Source of the DNA: Planctomycetota bacterium
GTDB lineage: Bacteria > Planctomycetota > UBA1135 > UBA2386
Reading direction: 5' to 3'
Assembly: GCA_046290465.1 (NCBI GenBank)
Contig: JBKAGP010000001.1
Span: forward strand, 512,001 to 576,000
Length of the DNA stretch: 64,000 nt
Shown here: one piece after another, positions 1 through 10,400 of the stretch
How positions within the stretch are numbered: the stretch's first letter is position 1
How the letters are laid out: each line of letters begins with the position of its first letter
Notes under the pieces: generated by a model
Databases searched by the model: none
Seen by the model: only the letters and a program-made list of their open reading frames with translations
Told to the model about the DNA's origin: nothing
Position numbers and translations under genes: made by a program

Positions 1-1095
1 TTCTGCGCGCCGGTGTTCGTGTTCCTCGCCGGCACGTCGGCGTTCCTGTACGGCCGGCGACGCAGCCGCGGCGACGCGTCCCGCTTCCTGGTGACGCGCG
101 GGCTGTGGCTGTTGGTGCTTGAGCTGACGGTGATCACGTTCGTCGTCATGCACGGCCTGCAGATCCTGTTCTGGCAGGTGATCGCGGCGATCGGCGTCTC
201 CATGATCGCGCTGGCGGCGCTGCTGTGGTTGCCGCGCTGGGCGCTGGTCGTCGTCGGCGTCGCGCTGGTCGCCGGCCAGGACGCCTGCCGGGACTGGGGC
301 GACGGCACCACCGGCGTGTGGGCCGACGCGTGGCGCCTGCTGCACGGCAGCTGGGCGCGGCCGACGTTCGGCATCGTGCAGAGTCCGATCGGGCCGATCC
401 TGCCGGTCTACCCGGTGCTGCCGTGGATCGGCGTGATGGCCCTCGGCTACGCGACCGGCGGCCTGCTCGGCGGCGACGACCGCGATCGCCGCCGCCGCTG
501 GCTGTCGCTGGGCGCGGCGCTGCTTTTGGCGTTCTTCGTCGTGCGCCTGCTCGACGGCTGGGGCAACGCGCGGCCGTTCTGGGCCCAGAGGGAGCAGGGT
601 GCGGACTGGATCGCGCTGCTGGCGTGCGAGAAGTACCCGCCGTCGCTCGCCTATGCGCTGATGACGCTCGGACCGGCCATGCTGCTGCTGGCCTGGTTCG
701 AACGCGCGCCGGGGCCGGTGCAGCGCTGGCTGCAGATGTTCGGGCGCGTGCCGATGTTCTTCTACATCGTGCACCATGCGCTGGTGCACGGTACCGCCGT
801 GGCGATGTTCTGGCTGCGCGACGGCCAGGGAGTGCACCTGATCCAGGCCGAGCTGTCGTTCCTGGCGCCGGCGGGACTCGCCGACGTCGACTTCGAGCCG
901 CTGCCGCAGGGCTTCCAGGGCTTCGGGCTCGGGGCCGCCTACCTGGTGACGGTGGCGTGCGTGCTGCTGCTGTGGCCGATGTGCCGGTGGTACGACCGCG
1001 TCAAGCAGCGAAGCCGTTCGGTCTGGCTGAGCTACCTGCAGGGCCACCTGCAGGCGGTTCGCTTGCGACCGTTGCAGCCTGCGACCGTAGCGTAG
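1..1095 (+). CDS. DUF1624 / HGSNAT-like integral membrane protein (5' truncated by window edge)
   Basis: Frame open from base 1 (FCAPVFVFLAGTSAFL). Motifs RGLWLLVLE, YPVLPWIGVMALGY, KYPPSLAYALMTLG, GRVPMFFYIVH and WLSYL; many TM segments. Confidence 0.8.
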   Translation, partial: FCAPVFVFLAGTSAFLYGRRRSRGDASRFLVTRGLWLLVLELTVITFVVMHGLQILFWQVIAAIGVSMIALAALLWLPRWALVVVGVALVAGQDACRDWGDGTTGVWADAWRLLHGSWARPTFGIVQSPIGPILPVYPVLPWIGVMALGYATGGLLGGDDRDRRRRWLSLGAALLLAFFVVRLLDGWGNARPFWAQREQGADWIALLACEKYPPSLAYALMTLGPAMLLLAWFERAPGPVQRWLQMFGRVPMFFYIVHHALVHGTAVAMFWLRDGQGVHLIQAELSFLAPAGLADVDFEPLPQGFQGFGLGAAYLVTVACVLLLWPMCRWYDRVKQRSRSVWLSYLQGHLQAVRLRPLQPATVA

Positions 1096-1141
1096 CGGCC
1101 TGCGACCGCTGCGGGTCGTGCTCCGCTACGGGTGCGGCCGG

Positions 1142-1303
1142 CTACTGGTTCGGGATGTTGCCGTGGTCGACCAGCAGCGTCAGGCCGATCCCCTGCGCCA
1201 GCAGCACGAACGCGCCGAGCAGCAGGATGCCGAGCACGACGCCGACGCCCGCGGGCACGAGTTCCTTGGGATCGACGGGGAGTTGCGGCTTGGAGTCACT
1301 CAT
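1142..1303 (-). CDS. Small single-TM protein, 53 aa (MSDSKPQLPVDPKELVPAGVGVVLGILLLGAFVLLAQGIGLTLLVDHGNIPNQ)
   Basis: Read manually, below the ORF-track cutoff. GC3-rich codons, hydrophobic core, co-oriented downstream of the M1 peptidase. Confidence 0.55.
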   Translation of the reverse strand: MSDSKPQLPVDPKELVPAGVGVVLGILLLGAFVLLAQGIGLTLLVDHGNIPNQ

Positions 1304-1375
1304 TTGGGCAAGGAAGCTATCGGTTCGGGATATGGGAATCGCGAGCGAGCCGACGTTTTTTCATCGCGTCGTCGA

Positions 1376-3235
1376 TCAGCCCTGGTAGCCCAGCATCTCG
1401 TCCAGCGTGCGCTGGCTGACCGCGTGGTAGCGCATCCGGGCGCGCTGGTAGATCCGCGTCGCACGGTCTTTGCCACCGTCGCTGTCCAGGATCGCCTGGT
1501 AGAGCGGCACCAGGAACTTGCGGCGGCCGACCGTCATCAAGAACAGGTCCATGCGCGCGTCGACGGCGTGGTAGCCGTTGCGGGTGGCGAGCGCCAGCCA
1601 GGCGCTCAGGATCTCGCTGTTGCCGCTGCGGGTGAACGCGAACGCTTCGTCGAGCGCCTCCAGCTGCGCGACGGTCGGGGTCTCGAGGGCGCCGAGGAAG
1701 CGCAGCCACTGCTGCGTGACCCAGCCTTCGGTGTCGAGCTCTTCTGCGGCGGTGCCCGCCGCGAACGCCTGCGCGGTCGCGTCCACGGCCGCGAAGCGCT
1801 CGCTGTCCGGGATCGGCGCGTCGCCGGGCAGGCCGCCGCTCTGCACCCACTGCGCGACGTCGACCTGCGCGGCCTTGTCGCTGTCGGTCGACAGCAGCCG
1901 GTCGTCGAGGAACGTCAAGAACGTCTGCGTGGTGACGCTCTTGAACTGGTGCTCGTCGAACCACTCGCGCAGGAACCGGTCCATGCGCTCGCGGCCGAAC
2001 ACCTGCTCGAGGCGGCGCAGGAACGCCGCGCCCTTGTCGTAGGCGACCGCAGTCATGCCGTCGTCGGGGTTGCGACCGGTCAGGTCGATGTGCAGCACCT
2101 GGTCGGGTTCGGGCAGCTCCTGCAGCTCCTTCTGCAGCCCCTGCATGCCGAGCGCGATCTCCATCGCGGCGCGGTCGCGGCCGTAGACGTGCTCCATGAT
2201 CCGCTGCTCGAGGTAGACGGTGAAGCCCTCGTTGAGCCAGAAGTCGCGCCAGGTCGCGTTGGTGACCAGGTTGCCGGACCAGCTGTGCGCGAGTTCGTGC
2301 GCGATCAGCGCGACCAGCGACTTGTCGCCGGCCAGGATGGTCGGCGTCGCGAACGTCATGCACGGGTTCTCCATGCCGCCGAACGGGAAGCTCGGCGGCA
2401 GGAACAGCACGTCGTAGCGGCCCCAGCGGTACGGACCGAACAGCTCCTCGCAGGCGCGGACCATGCGTTCGAGGTCGTCGAGTTCGCGGGTGGCGGCGTC
2501 GACGACGCCGGGCTCGGCCCAGACCGCGCAGCGACCGCTGACCGGCCGCGCGCGCAGGTCGCCGCACGCCAGCGCGATCAGGTAGCTCGGCACCGGCCGC
2601 GTCATCGAGAACGTGGTGGTGGTGTCGACGCGCTTGCGGTAGTCGGCGCTCATCACCGTGCGCAGACCCTTGGGGGCCGTGATCCTCGCGTTCCACGTCA
2701 CCCGCACGGCCGGCGAGTCCTGCAGCGGGATCCAGCTGCGGGTCAGGATCGCCTGGCCCTGCGTGAACAGGAACGGGTGCTCCTTGCCGTCGGTCTGTTC
2801 GGGCGACAGCCACTGCATCGCCTCGGCCGTCGGCGAGGTCGCGTACTGGATCTGCACCCGCTCGGTCCGTTCGCCGAGGTCGATGGTCAGCGCGCGGCCG
2901 AGCCACTGGTCGTCCGCGTCCGCCAGCCGGTAGCTGAGCGGCTCGCCGTCCTGGTCGAGCACCGCGCGGATCGACAGGCCGTCGGTGTCGACGACGAACG
3001 GCGCGGTGCGGTCGAAGCGCTGCAGGGTGTGCTCGACGAGGCCGGTCGCGACGTGCTGCTCGAAGTCGAGGTCCAGCACCAGGTCGAGGTGGGTCGAGCG
3101 GACCTCCGCCGGCCGGGCGAAGCTGTGCGAGTCGGGGGCCAACAGCCAGGGGTTCTCGGAGACGTCGATGCTGCTGCAGCCGGCCACGAGGGCGGGCAGC
3201 AGCAGGCAGGAGGCGGACAGCGGACGCGTGCGCAT
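1376..3235 (-). CDS. M1 family aminopeptidase, leukotriene A4 hydrolase-like, lipoprotein
   Basis: GGMEN, HELAH-x18-E (NEGFT), AYDKG, LTA4H C-terminal VGRRKFLVPLY. Lipobox LVAGC after ATG 3235. Confidence 0.92.
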   Translation of the reverse strand: MRTRPLSASCLLLPALVAGCSSIDVSENPWLLAPDSHSFARPAEVRSTHLDLVLDLDFEQHVATGLVEHTLQRFDRTAPFVVDTDGLSIRAVLDQDGEPLSYRLADADDQWLGRALTIDLGERTERVQIQYATSPTAEAMQWLSPEQTDGKEHPFLFTQGQAILTRSWIPLQDSPAVRVTWNARITAPKGLRTVMSADYRKRVDTTTTFSMTRPVPSYLIALACGDLRARPVSGRCAVWAEPGVVDAATRELDDLERMVRACEELFGPYRWGRYDVLFLPPSFPFGGMENPCMTFATPTILAGDKSLVALIAHELAHSWSGNLVTNATWRDFWLNEGFTVYLEQRIMEHVYGRDRAAMEIALGMQGLQKELQELPEPDQVLHIDLTGRNPDDGMTAVAYDKGAAFLRRLEQVFGRERMDRFLREWFDEHQFKSVTTQTFLTFLDDRLLSTDSDKAAQVDVAQWVQSGGLPGDAPIPDSERFAAVDATAQAFAAGTAAEELDTEGWVTQQWLRFLGALETPTVAQLEALDEAFAFTRSGNSEILSAWLALATRNGYHAVDARMDLFLMTVGRRKFLVPLYQAILDSDGGKDRATRIYQRARMRYHAVSQRTLDEMLGYQG

Positions 3236-3284
3236 GCCGACGTTGTATCGGTCGCAGCTTCCTGAGACCAACGTCGGCGCCGCC

Positions 3285-3313
3285 TTGCGTGGTGCCAACT
3301 CCGTCGCAAGAAT
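3285..3313 (+). promoter_or_regulatory. Putative sigma70 promoter of thrS (TTGCGT-N17-AAGAAT)
   Basis: Hexamers with 17-nt spacing, 15 nt before the thrS ATG. Confidence 0.45.
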
Positions 3314-3328
3314 GCTTCGCGAGAAGCC

Positions 3329-5275
3329 ATGTCATCCGAAAGCCAGATCCAACTCACCCTCCCCGATGGTTCCGTGCGCGAGTACGCGACGGGCACTACC
3401 GGGCTCCAGGTCGCCGAATCGATCGGCAAGGGGCTGGCCAAGGCCGCCGTCGGCATCGAGCTGGACGGCGAGGTGCAGAGCCTGCAGCTGCCGATCGACA
3501 GCTCGGCGGACATCAAGATCTTCACCCGCGACAGCAAGGAAGGCCTCGAGGTATTGCGCCACTCGGCGGCGCACGTGCTCGCCGACGCCGTCAAGCGGAT
3601 CCGGCCCAAGGCCAAGCTGTGGAAGGGGCCGCCGGTCGACGATCCGCGCTACGGCTACTACTACGACATCGACTTCGGCGACGAGCCGATCACGGTCGAC
3701 GACCTGCCCGAGCTCGAGAAGCTGATGCACGAGATCGTCAAGTCCGACGTGCCGTTCGAGCTGCGCGAGCTGCCGCGCGACCAGGCCAAGGCGCTGATGG
3801 AGGAGCACGGCGAGGACTACAAGCTGCTGACGATCGACAAGATCCCGGACGGCGAGCCGTTGACGTTCTACCACTCGGGCAACTTCGTCGACCTCTGCAA
3901 GGGGCCGCACGTGCCGTCGACCGGCAAGGTCGGCCAGGGCATCGCGGTGCTGGCGCTCGCCGGCGCCTACCTCGGCGACGACGCCGGCAACAAGATGCTG
4001 ACCCGCATCTACGGCCACGCCTTCGCGGACAAGAAGGCGATGGAGGAGCACCGCAAGAACCTCGAGGAGGCGCAGAAGCGCGACCACCGTCGCCTCGGCG
4101 TCGACCTCGACCTGTTCAGCACGATGGGCGACCTCGGCGCGGGCCTGATCCTGTGGCACCCCAAGGGCGGCTTCGTGCGCCACAAGGTCGAGGAGTTCTG
4201 GCGCAACCAGCACATCGACGGCGGCTACGACATCGTCTACTCGCCGCACATCGCCAAGAGCGACCTGTGGGCGACCTCGGGCCACCTCGACTTCTACAAG
4301 GAGTCGATGTACTCCGGCATCGACATCGACGGCGCCGAGTACCTGCTCAAGCCGATGAACTGCCCGTTCCACGTGCAGATCTTCAAGTCCAAGCGCCGCA
4401 GCTACCGCGAGCTGCCGTTCCGCTGGGCGGAGCTCGGCACCGTCTACCGCTACGAGAACGCCGGCTCGCTGCACGGCCTGCTGCGCGTGCGCGGCTTCAC
4501 CCAGGACGACGCGCACCTGTTCTTGCGCGAGGACCAGGTCGAGGACGAGATCACGCGCTGCCTGCACTTCGTCATCGACATGCTGCGCGCGTTCGGCTTC
4601 CACGACTACGAGATGAACCTGTCGACGCGGCCCGAGAAGAGCGTCGGCGAGGACGCCAGCTGGGAGAAGGCGACCGCGGCGCTGCGCGCGGCGCTCGAGT
4701 CGGTCGGCCTCGGCTACGAGATCGACGAGGGCGGTGGTGCGTTCTACGGCCCGAAGATCGACGTCAAGATCAAGGACAGCCTCGGCCGCACCTGGCAGTG
4801 CTCGACGATCCAGTGCGACTTCAACCTGCCCGAGCGCTTCGACATGACCTACATCGACCAGGACGGCCACAAGACCCGTCCGGTGATGGTCCACCGCGCG
4901 CTGCTCGGCTCGCTCGAGCGCTTCTTCGGCGTGCTGGTCGAGCACCACGGCGGCGCGTTCCCGGTCTGGCTGGCGCCGACGCAGGCGGCGGTGCTGTCGG
5001 TCGGCGAACGCCACGGCGACGCGGTCGAGGGGCTGGTCCGTTCGCTGAAGGAGCAGCGCTTCCGCGTCGAGGCGGACACCAGCGGCGAGAAGATCGGCGC
5101 CAAGATCCGCCACCACCTGTGGCAGGAGAAGGTCCCGCTGGTCGCCGTCGTCGGCGACCAGGAGGTCGACGCCGGCACCGTCGCGGTGCGCTCGCGCAAG
5201 GACGGCGACCTCGGCACGATGAAGGTCGAGGAGTTCGCTGCGCTGCTGCGCAAGCACGAGGAAGAGCGCACGTAG
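3329..5275 (+). CDS. thrS: Threonine--tRNA ligase
   Basis: TGS domain, editing motifs RHSAAH and DLCKGPH, RDHRRLG, KPMNCP, LRVRGFTQDDAH, GAFYGPKID, HRALLGSLERF. Confidence 0.98.
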   Translation: MSSESQIQLTLPDGSVREYATGTTGLQVAESIGKGLAKAAVGIELDGEVQSLQLPIDSSADIKIFTRDSKEGLEVLRHSAAHVLADAVKRIRPKAKLWKGPPVDDPRYGYYYDIDFGDEPITVDDLPELEKLMHEIVKSDVPFELRELPRDQAKALMEEHGEDYKLLTIDKIPDGEPLTFYHSGNFVDLCKGPHVPSTGKVGQGIAVLALAGAYLGDDAGNKMLTRIYGHAFADKKAMEEHRKNLEEAQKRDHRRLGVDLDLFSTMGDLGAGLILWHPKGGFVRHKVEEFWRNQHIDGGYDIVYSPHIAKSDLWATSGHLDFYKESMYSGIDIDGAEYLLKPMNCPFHVQIFKSKRRSYRELPFRWAELGTVYRYENAGSLHGLLRVRGFTQDDAHLFLREDQVEDEITRCLHFVIDMLRAFGFHDYEMNLSTRPEKSVGEDASWEKATAALRAALESVGLGYEIDEGGGAFYGPKIDVKIKDSLGRTWQCSTIQCDFNLPERFDMTYIDQDGHKTRPVMVHRALLGSLERFFGVLVEHHGGAFPVWLAPTQAAVLSVGERHGDAVEGLVRSLKEQRFRVEADTSGEKIGAKIRHHLWQEKVPLVAVVGDQEVDAGTVAVRSRKDGDLGTMKVEEFAALLRKHEEERT

Positions 5276-5285
5276 GGGCGTGGTC

Positions 5286-5310
5286 GGGGGCTCTCGGGAG
5301 CCTCCGGTTT
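5286..5310 (+). terminator. Possible weak intrinsic terminator after thrS
   Basis: GGGGGCTC-TCGG-GAGCCTCC stem-loop followed by GGTTT; U-tract is short. Confidence 0.3.
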
Positions 5311-5380
5311 CCGGAGAGATCCGAGTTTCCGGAGAGATCCGAGCCACCGCGCATTGTCGGCTCGTATGGCGGCTCGTATG
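5307..5380. repeat. Two tandem duplications: 18 bp x2 (GTTTCCGGAGAGATCCGA) and ~12 bp x2 (CGGCTCGTATG core)
   Basis: Seen directly at 5307-5342 and 5358-5380. Confidence 0.85.
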
Positions 5381-5439
5381 AACCGGGCGAAGTGCCCGGT
5401 CTGCCTGTTCTCCAGACCTTTTCCCCCGAAGGACCCTCC

Positions 5440-5850
5440 ATGCTCCGTACCGCCATCCTCGCCGCGGCCGCGCTCTCGTTCGTCAACGTCGCCTCGGCGC
5501 AGTGCGCCACGGTCACCGCGGCCAACAACGCCGGCGAGATCTCGATCGACCTCGACGGCTCGGACCCAATGCGCTTCGCGTTCGTCGTGCTCGGCGACAC
5601 CCAGGGCACCACGCCGATCAACCTCGGCAACTTCGCTTCGTTCGACCTCGGCCTCGCCGCGCCGTTCGTGCCGGCGCCGCTCGGCCTGACCGACATGAAC
5701 GGCGACGCGTCGCTGACGTTCACGCCGCCGACGACGGCCCCGGCCGGGACCTACTACGTGCAGGGTGTCACCGTCGGCTTCGACATCGTGCCCGGCACCG
5801 GCCTGAGCCTCGACGTGTGCGTCTCGGACGTCGCGTCGTTCGCGCTCTGA
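5440..5850 (+). CDS. Small secreted beta-rich hypothetical protein (136 aa)
   Basis: AAGGA upstream of ATG 5440; signal peptide MLRTAILAAAALSFVNVASA-Q; two Cys, one near each end of the mature chain; GC3-rich codons. Confidence 0.8.
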   Translation: MLRTAILAAAALSFVNVASAQCATVTAANNAGEISIDLDGSDPMRFAFVVLGDTQGTTPINLGNFASFDLGLAAPFVPAPLGLTDMNGDASLTFTPPTTAPAGTYYVQGVTVGFDIVPGTGLSLDVCVSDVASFAL

Positions 5851-5940
5851 TCGTTGCAGGCGATCCGCGGCCCTGCGAGCCGCCGATTCGGAAGGGGCCG
5901 GCGAACGATTCGCCGGCCTCCTTCGTACACCGTCCGCGCC

Positions 5941-7458
5941 ATGAGGATCCGCGCCATCAGGACCTTGCTCCGCCCGGCCCTGCTCGGGCTGCTGTTGCTC
6001 GGCGCGTGTACGACCGCGCGCGACCACTCGCCCGAGATCCGCAAGCTCTACGGCGAGGCTGCCCGGCGACACGCGCGCAACCCGGTCGTGGTCGTGCACG
6101 GCATCCTCGGCGCGCGGCTCGAGCACCGCGACAGCCGCCAGACCGTGTGGGGCGCGTTCACGTCGGATGCCGCCGACCCCGCCAGCCGCGAGGGAGCGCG
6201 CCGTGTCGCGGTGCCGTTCGCGGACCTGTTGGCGACGCGGATGCCGGAGCTGGCGACGGCCGCGGTGTTCCCGACCGGGCCGCTCGAGGGCATCAACGTC
6301 GGCCTGGTGTTCGCGGTGATCAACGTCGGCGTCTATCGCGACATCCTGAAGACGCTCGGGGTCGGTGGCTATACCGACCCGGTCGCGTTCGATCCCGGCT
6401 CGCCCCCGTACGAACTCGACCACTTCACCTGCTTCACGTTCTTCTACGACTGGCGGCGCGACAACCGCGTCAACGCGGCCGAGCTCGGCCGCTTCCTGCA
6501 GGAGACGCGCAAGCGCATCGATCGCAGCGCCCGCCGGCGCATCGCGCAACTGCGTGAGGCGGCGACCGCGGACGGTCTGGAGGAGGCGCTGGAGCTCGAG
6601 CAGTGGCTCGCCGACGGCTATCGCTTCGACATCGTCGCGCATTCGATGGGCGGGCTGGTGACGCGCTACTTCCTGCGCTACGGCGACGCGCCGCTGCCGG
6701 CCGACGGTTCGCTGCCGGAGCTGACCTGGAAGGGCGCCGAGCAGATCGATCGCGTCGTGCTGGTCGGCACGCCGAGCCTCGGCTCGATGGATGCGCTGCA
6801 GAACCTGCTCGTGGGCTTCTCGCCGGGCCCGCCGCTGTTGCCGACCTACGCGCCGGCGATCCTCGGCACGATGACCGCGATCTACCAGCTGCTGCCGCGC
6901 GGCGACGGGCTGGTGCTCGACGAGCACGGCGCCCCGATGGACCTCGACCTGTTCGACGTCGACGTCTGGGACCGCAACGACTGGGGCTTGCTGGCGCCCG
7001 AGTCCGACCGCTACCTGCGCTGGTTCCTGCCCGAGGTCGACGACCGCGCCGAACGGCGACGGCTCGCCCGGCAGGCGCTGGCCAACGTGCTGGAACGCAC
7101 CCGCCGCTTCCACGCGGCGATCGACCGGCCGGTGCCGGACTGTCCGGTCGACCTGCGGCTGTTCGCTGCCGACACCGAGCCGACGCTGGCGCGCGTGCGC
7201 ATGGTGGCGCGCGGCGGCAAGCTGGTGCCGGAGTTCGACGGCGACGAGCTGATGGCGCCGGGCGACGCCACCGTCACCCGGCGCAGCGCGCTCGGGGACC
7301 TGAGCCCGGACCGGGCGGCGCGGATGTGGCTCGAGTCGACCGTGCCGTGGACCGGCGTGACGTTCCTGCCGGACGACCACATCGGCCTGACCCGCAACCC
7401 GATCTTCACCGACAACGTGCTGTTCTTCCTGCTGCAGCAGCCGCCGCGGCAGCGGTAG
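5941..7458 (+). CDS. Lipase / LCAT-like alpha/beta hydrolase lipoprotein
   Basis: Lipobox LLGAC; VVHGILG oxyanion motif, YDWR, AHSMGG nucleophile elbow, GTPSLGS, PGDATV, DHIGL. Confidence 0.85.
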   Translation: MRIRAIRTLLRPALLGLLLLGACTTARDHSPEIRKLYGEAARRHARNPVVVVHGILGARLEHRDSRQTVWGAFTSDAADPASREGARRVAVPFADLLATRMPELATAAVFPTGPLEGINVGLVFAVINVGVYRDILKTLGVGGYTDPVAFDPGSPPYELDHFTCFTFFYDWRRDNRVNAAELGRFLQETRKRIDRSARRRIAQLREAATADGLEEALELEQWLADGYRFDIVAHSMGGLVTRYFLRYGDAPLPADGSLPELTWKGAEQIDRVVLVGTPSLGSMDALQNLLVGFSPGPPLLPTYAPAILGTMTAIYQLLPRGDGLVLDEHGAPMDLDLFDVDVWDRNDWGLLAPESDRYLRWFLPEVDDRAERRRLARQALANVLERTRRFHAAIDRPVPDCPVDLRLFAADTEPTLARVRMVARGGKLVPEFDGDELMAPGDATVTRRSALGDLSPDRAARMWLESTVPWTGVTFLPDDHIGLTRNPIFTDNVLFFLLQQPPRQR

Positions 7459-7464
7459 CGGCCC

Positions 7465-10400
7465 TCACAGGCCGAGCGGCAGCTCGCGCACGAGCGGGGC
7501 TGTGGCGACGACCAGCTGCTGCTCGGCCAGCGCGTTCCAGATCGAGCGCGCGTGCACGCGGTAGCGGCCGGGCGCGAGGCCCAGCGCCATCTCGAAGCAA
7601 CCGCGGCTGGTGGTGGCGCCGAGGTGGTCGTCGAGCACGAGCTGGTCCCGGTGGTCGTAGATGCGCACGTGCAGCGGGCCGTTGATGACGAACGGGTTCT
7701 CGGCCAGAGGGAACGGGAACCGCAGCGTCACCGGCGTCGCCGAGCGGACGTCGACGTCGAGCCACTGCACGCCTGGCTCGAGATCGCGTTCGAGCAGGGT
7801 CGGCGCGATGCCGTGGCCGTAGACGAGCAGCTGCGAGCGGCCGGGCGGCAGTGGCCGCAGCGCGGCGACACCGCGGCTCGAGCTGCGCGCGGCGACGAAC
7901 TTGTCGCCGACCAGGTTCTTCGCGACCACGCGCAGGCCGTGCGTGCTGCGCTTGCCGTCACCGACCAGCCGCACCGCGACCCGCGCGGCGCGCTGCAGCT
8001 GCACGGTGCCGAGGTCGAGCGGCGCGTTGGCATCGTCGACGTGCACCGGGATCGTGCGCGAGCCGAGCCCGGGGGCACCGACGACCAGCCAGTAGTCCCC
8101 GGCACCCAGCGGGCCGAACCTCGCGCGGCCGGCGGCGTCGGCGACGCAGGTCTGCGGCGCCTGGAAGCCGACCAGGCGCAGCTCGAACGTCGCGCGCCGC
8201 GCCGGTCGGCCGTCGGGCCGCAGCGCCTGGCAGCGCAGCGTCGCGGTGGTGGTCGCGTCGGGGTCGACGACGAGCTCGCACGGCGAGCCGGCACGCGCCG
8301 TGGCGACGGCCAGCGGCCAGGTCAGCGGGTTGGGCCACCAGCGCTCCGGCGGGTAGCAGCCGACCTGGTAGCGTTCGCCGGCCGCCAGTGCCAAGAGCTC
8401 GAACCGGCCGTCGGCGTCGCTGCGCGCAACCCGGCGTCGCAGCATCCGGTGGGCGGCGGTGCCGACCTCCGGCACCGCGATCAGGTGCCAGCCGGCGACC
8501 GCGTCGCCGCGCGGCGTGCGCAGCGTGCCGTGCACCCGTGCGGTGGCGGGCGCGCGCAGCTCGACGTCGAGGCGGTCGCCGTCGCGCGTGTCGACGTCGA
8601 CGCCAGCGACGACGAACTGGCTCATCGGCGGGCCGAGCCGGCCGCTGCAGCTGCCGTGGATGCGCACCTGCAGCAGACCCCGCGGTGCTTCGGCGAGCGT
8701 GAACCGACCCTCGTGGTCGGTGCGCACGCGCTGCGCCAGCATCGGCCCGGTCGGTTCGTTGGTGCGGGCGCCGGCGATCGAGACCGCGACCTCGCGGCCC
8801 TGGAGCGGCGCGCCGCTGGCGTCGCGCGCCACCCCGGCGAGGCGCGCGGGCGCGCGCAGCTGCACGTGCACCTCGCGTGCGTCCTGCGAACGTTCCGTGG
8901 TGCTCGCCGCGAAGCCGCGGCCCTGCACCAGCACCGCTGCATGGCGCGGGCCCGGACCCGGCAGCGAACAGCGGCCCAGCGCGTCGGTGCGCGCCAGCTG
9001 CGGCACGTAGAAGTCGGTGTCCTGGCTCTTGGGCACCAGCGCGACCAGCGCGCCGGCGACCGGCCGATCGCCTTCGTCGGTCACGTGCACGGCGACCGGC
9101 GGGACCGGCGGTTCGAGCTCGAGGTGCAGTTCGCGGTCGGCCGCGAGCCGGTGGCAGTGCGACTGCGCGAACTGCACGTGCCGCGCGAACACGCGCCCCT
9201 GCGCCAGCGGGAACCACGCGTCGTACTGGCCGGTCGCGTCGGTGGTCGCCAGCACGGCCGGCAGGTCGCCGCGGCCCGACGTCTCGCTGACCATCACCAG
9301 CGCCCCCGGCACCGGTCGGCCGGCCGGGTCGGTGACGTACCCGCGGTGGCGGTGCCGTCGCGGCAGCTGCAGCGTGAACCGCTGGTCGTCGCCTCGCATC
9401 TGCAGCTGGGCCTTCGGGATCGCGCCGGCGATGGCCAGCTCGAAGCGGCCGCGCGGCAGCCCGTCGAAGCGCACCAAACCGGCGTCGTCGGTGGTGGCGC
9501 GGCGCGTCGTCGCCGCCAGTGCGCGCAGCTGGAACGGCCGGCCGTCGTCCGCGACGCACAGGATCTCGAGGCCGCGGTGCGGCACCCCGTCGGGGTCGAG
9601 CACGTGCACGGCGAGGGCGTGGCCCGGCCGGGATCGAAGCCGCGGGGCGTCGGTCTCGGCCGCCGGCTGGTCGAGCAGCGGGCGAACGCTGCGGACCGCT
9701 GGGTTGTGCTGGGGGGCAGCGGCTACGGCCGTCGGCGGCTGCGTGTGGCGGTCCTCGCGCCACCAGAGCATCGTCGCGAGCACCGCCGCGACCACCAGCA
9801 CCGTCACCAGCGCCGGCCGCAGCGCACCGCCGTGGGCGAGCGGTTCGGCCGCGATCGGGTCGTCGTCGAAGCGGCTCGCGTCGGCGTCGTGCCCGACGAA
9901 CTGGGCGGCCTCGGCGGCGCGCTCGGCGAGCTGCGCCGGGCTCATCCGCAGCACCAGCGCGGTCGCCAGGCCGATCGGCAGCGCGGTGCGCAGCTGCTCG
10001 ATCGCGCGCGCCATCTGCTTGCGCACGGTCGCCGGCTTCTGCTGCAGCTGGGCGCCGATCTGCTGGCTGTTGAGGCCGCGCTCGAGGTGCAGCTGCAGCA
10101 CCGAACGGTACGGCTCCTGCAGCGCAGCGATGCTGTCGCGCAGCGCGCGTTCGAGTTCGGACTGCAGCGCGGCGTCGACCGGCGTCGTCGCTGCGGTCGG
10201 CGGCGCGGGTTCGGGCGCGCGTCGGCCCTCGGTGCGGCGCAGCATGCGCGCGTGGTTGGTCAGGATGCCGCACAGCCAGCTCATCACGCGGTGGCCGGGC
10301 CGGTAGGTCTCGGCGCGCGCGATCGCGCTGAGGAAGGTCGCCTGCACCAGGTCCTCGGCGTCGGTCGGCCGCGGCGCGAGGAACACCGCGAGGCGCAGCA

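Noticed and set aside
5358..5380. CGGCTCGTATG resembles the lac promoter spacer/-10 region (possible vector contamination)
   Set aside because: Only about 11 nt match; no lac -35 or operator; flanks are genomic.
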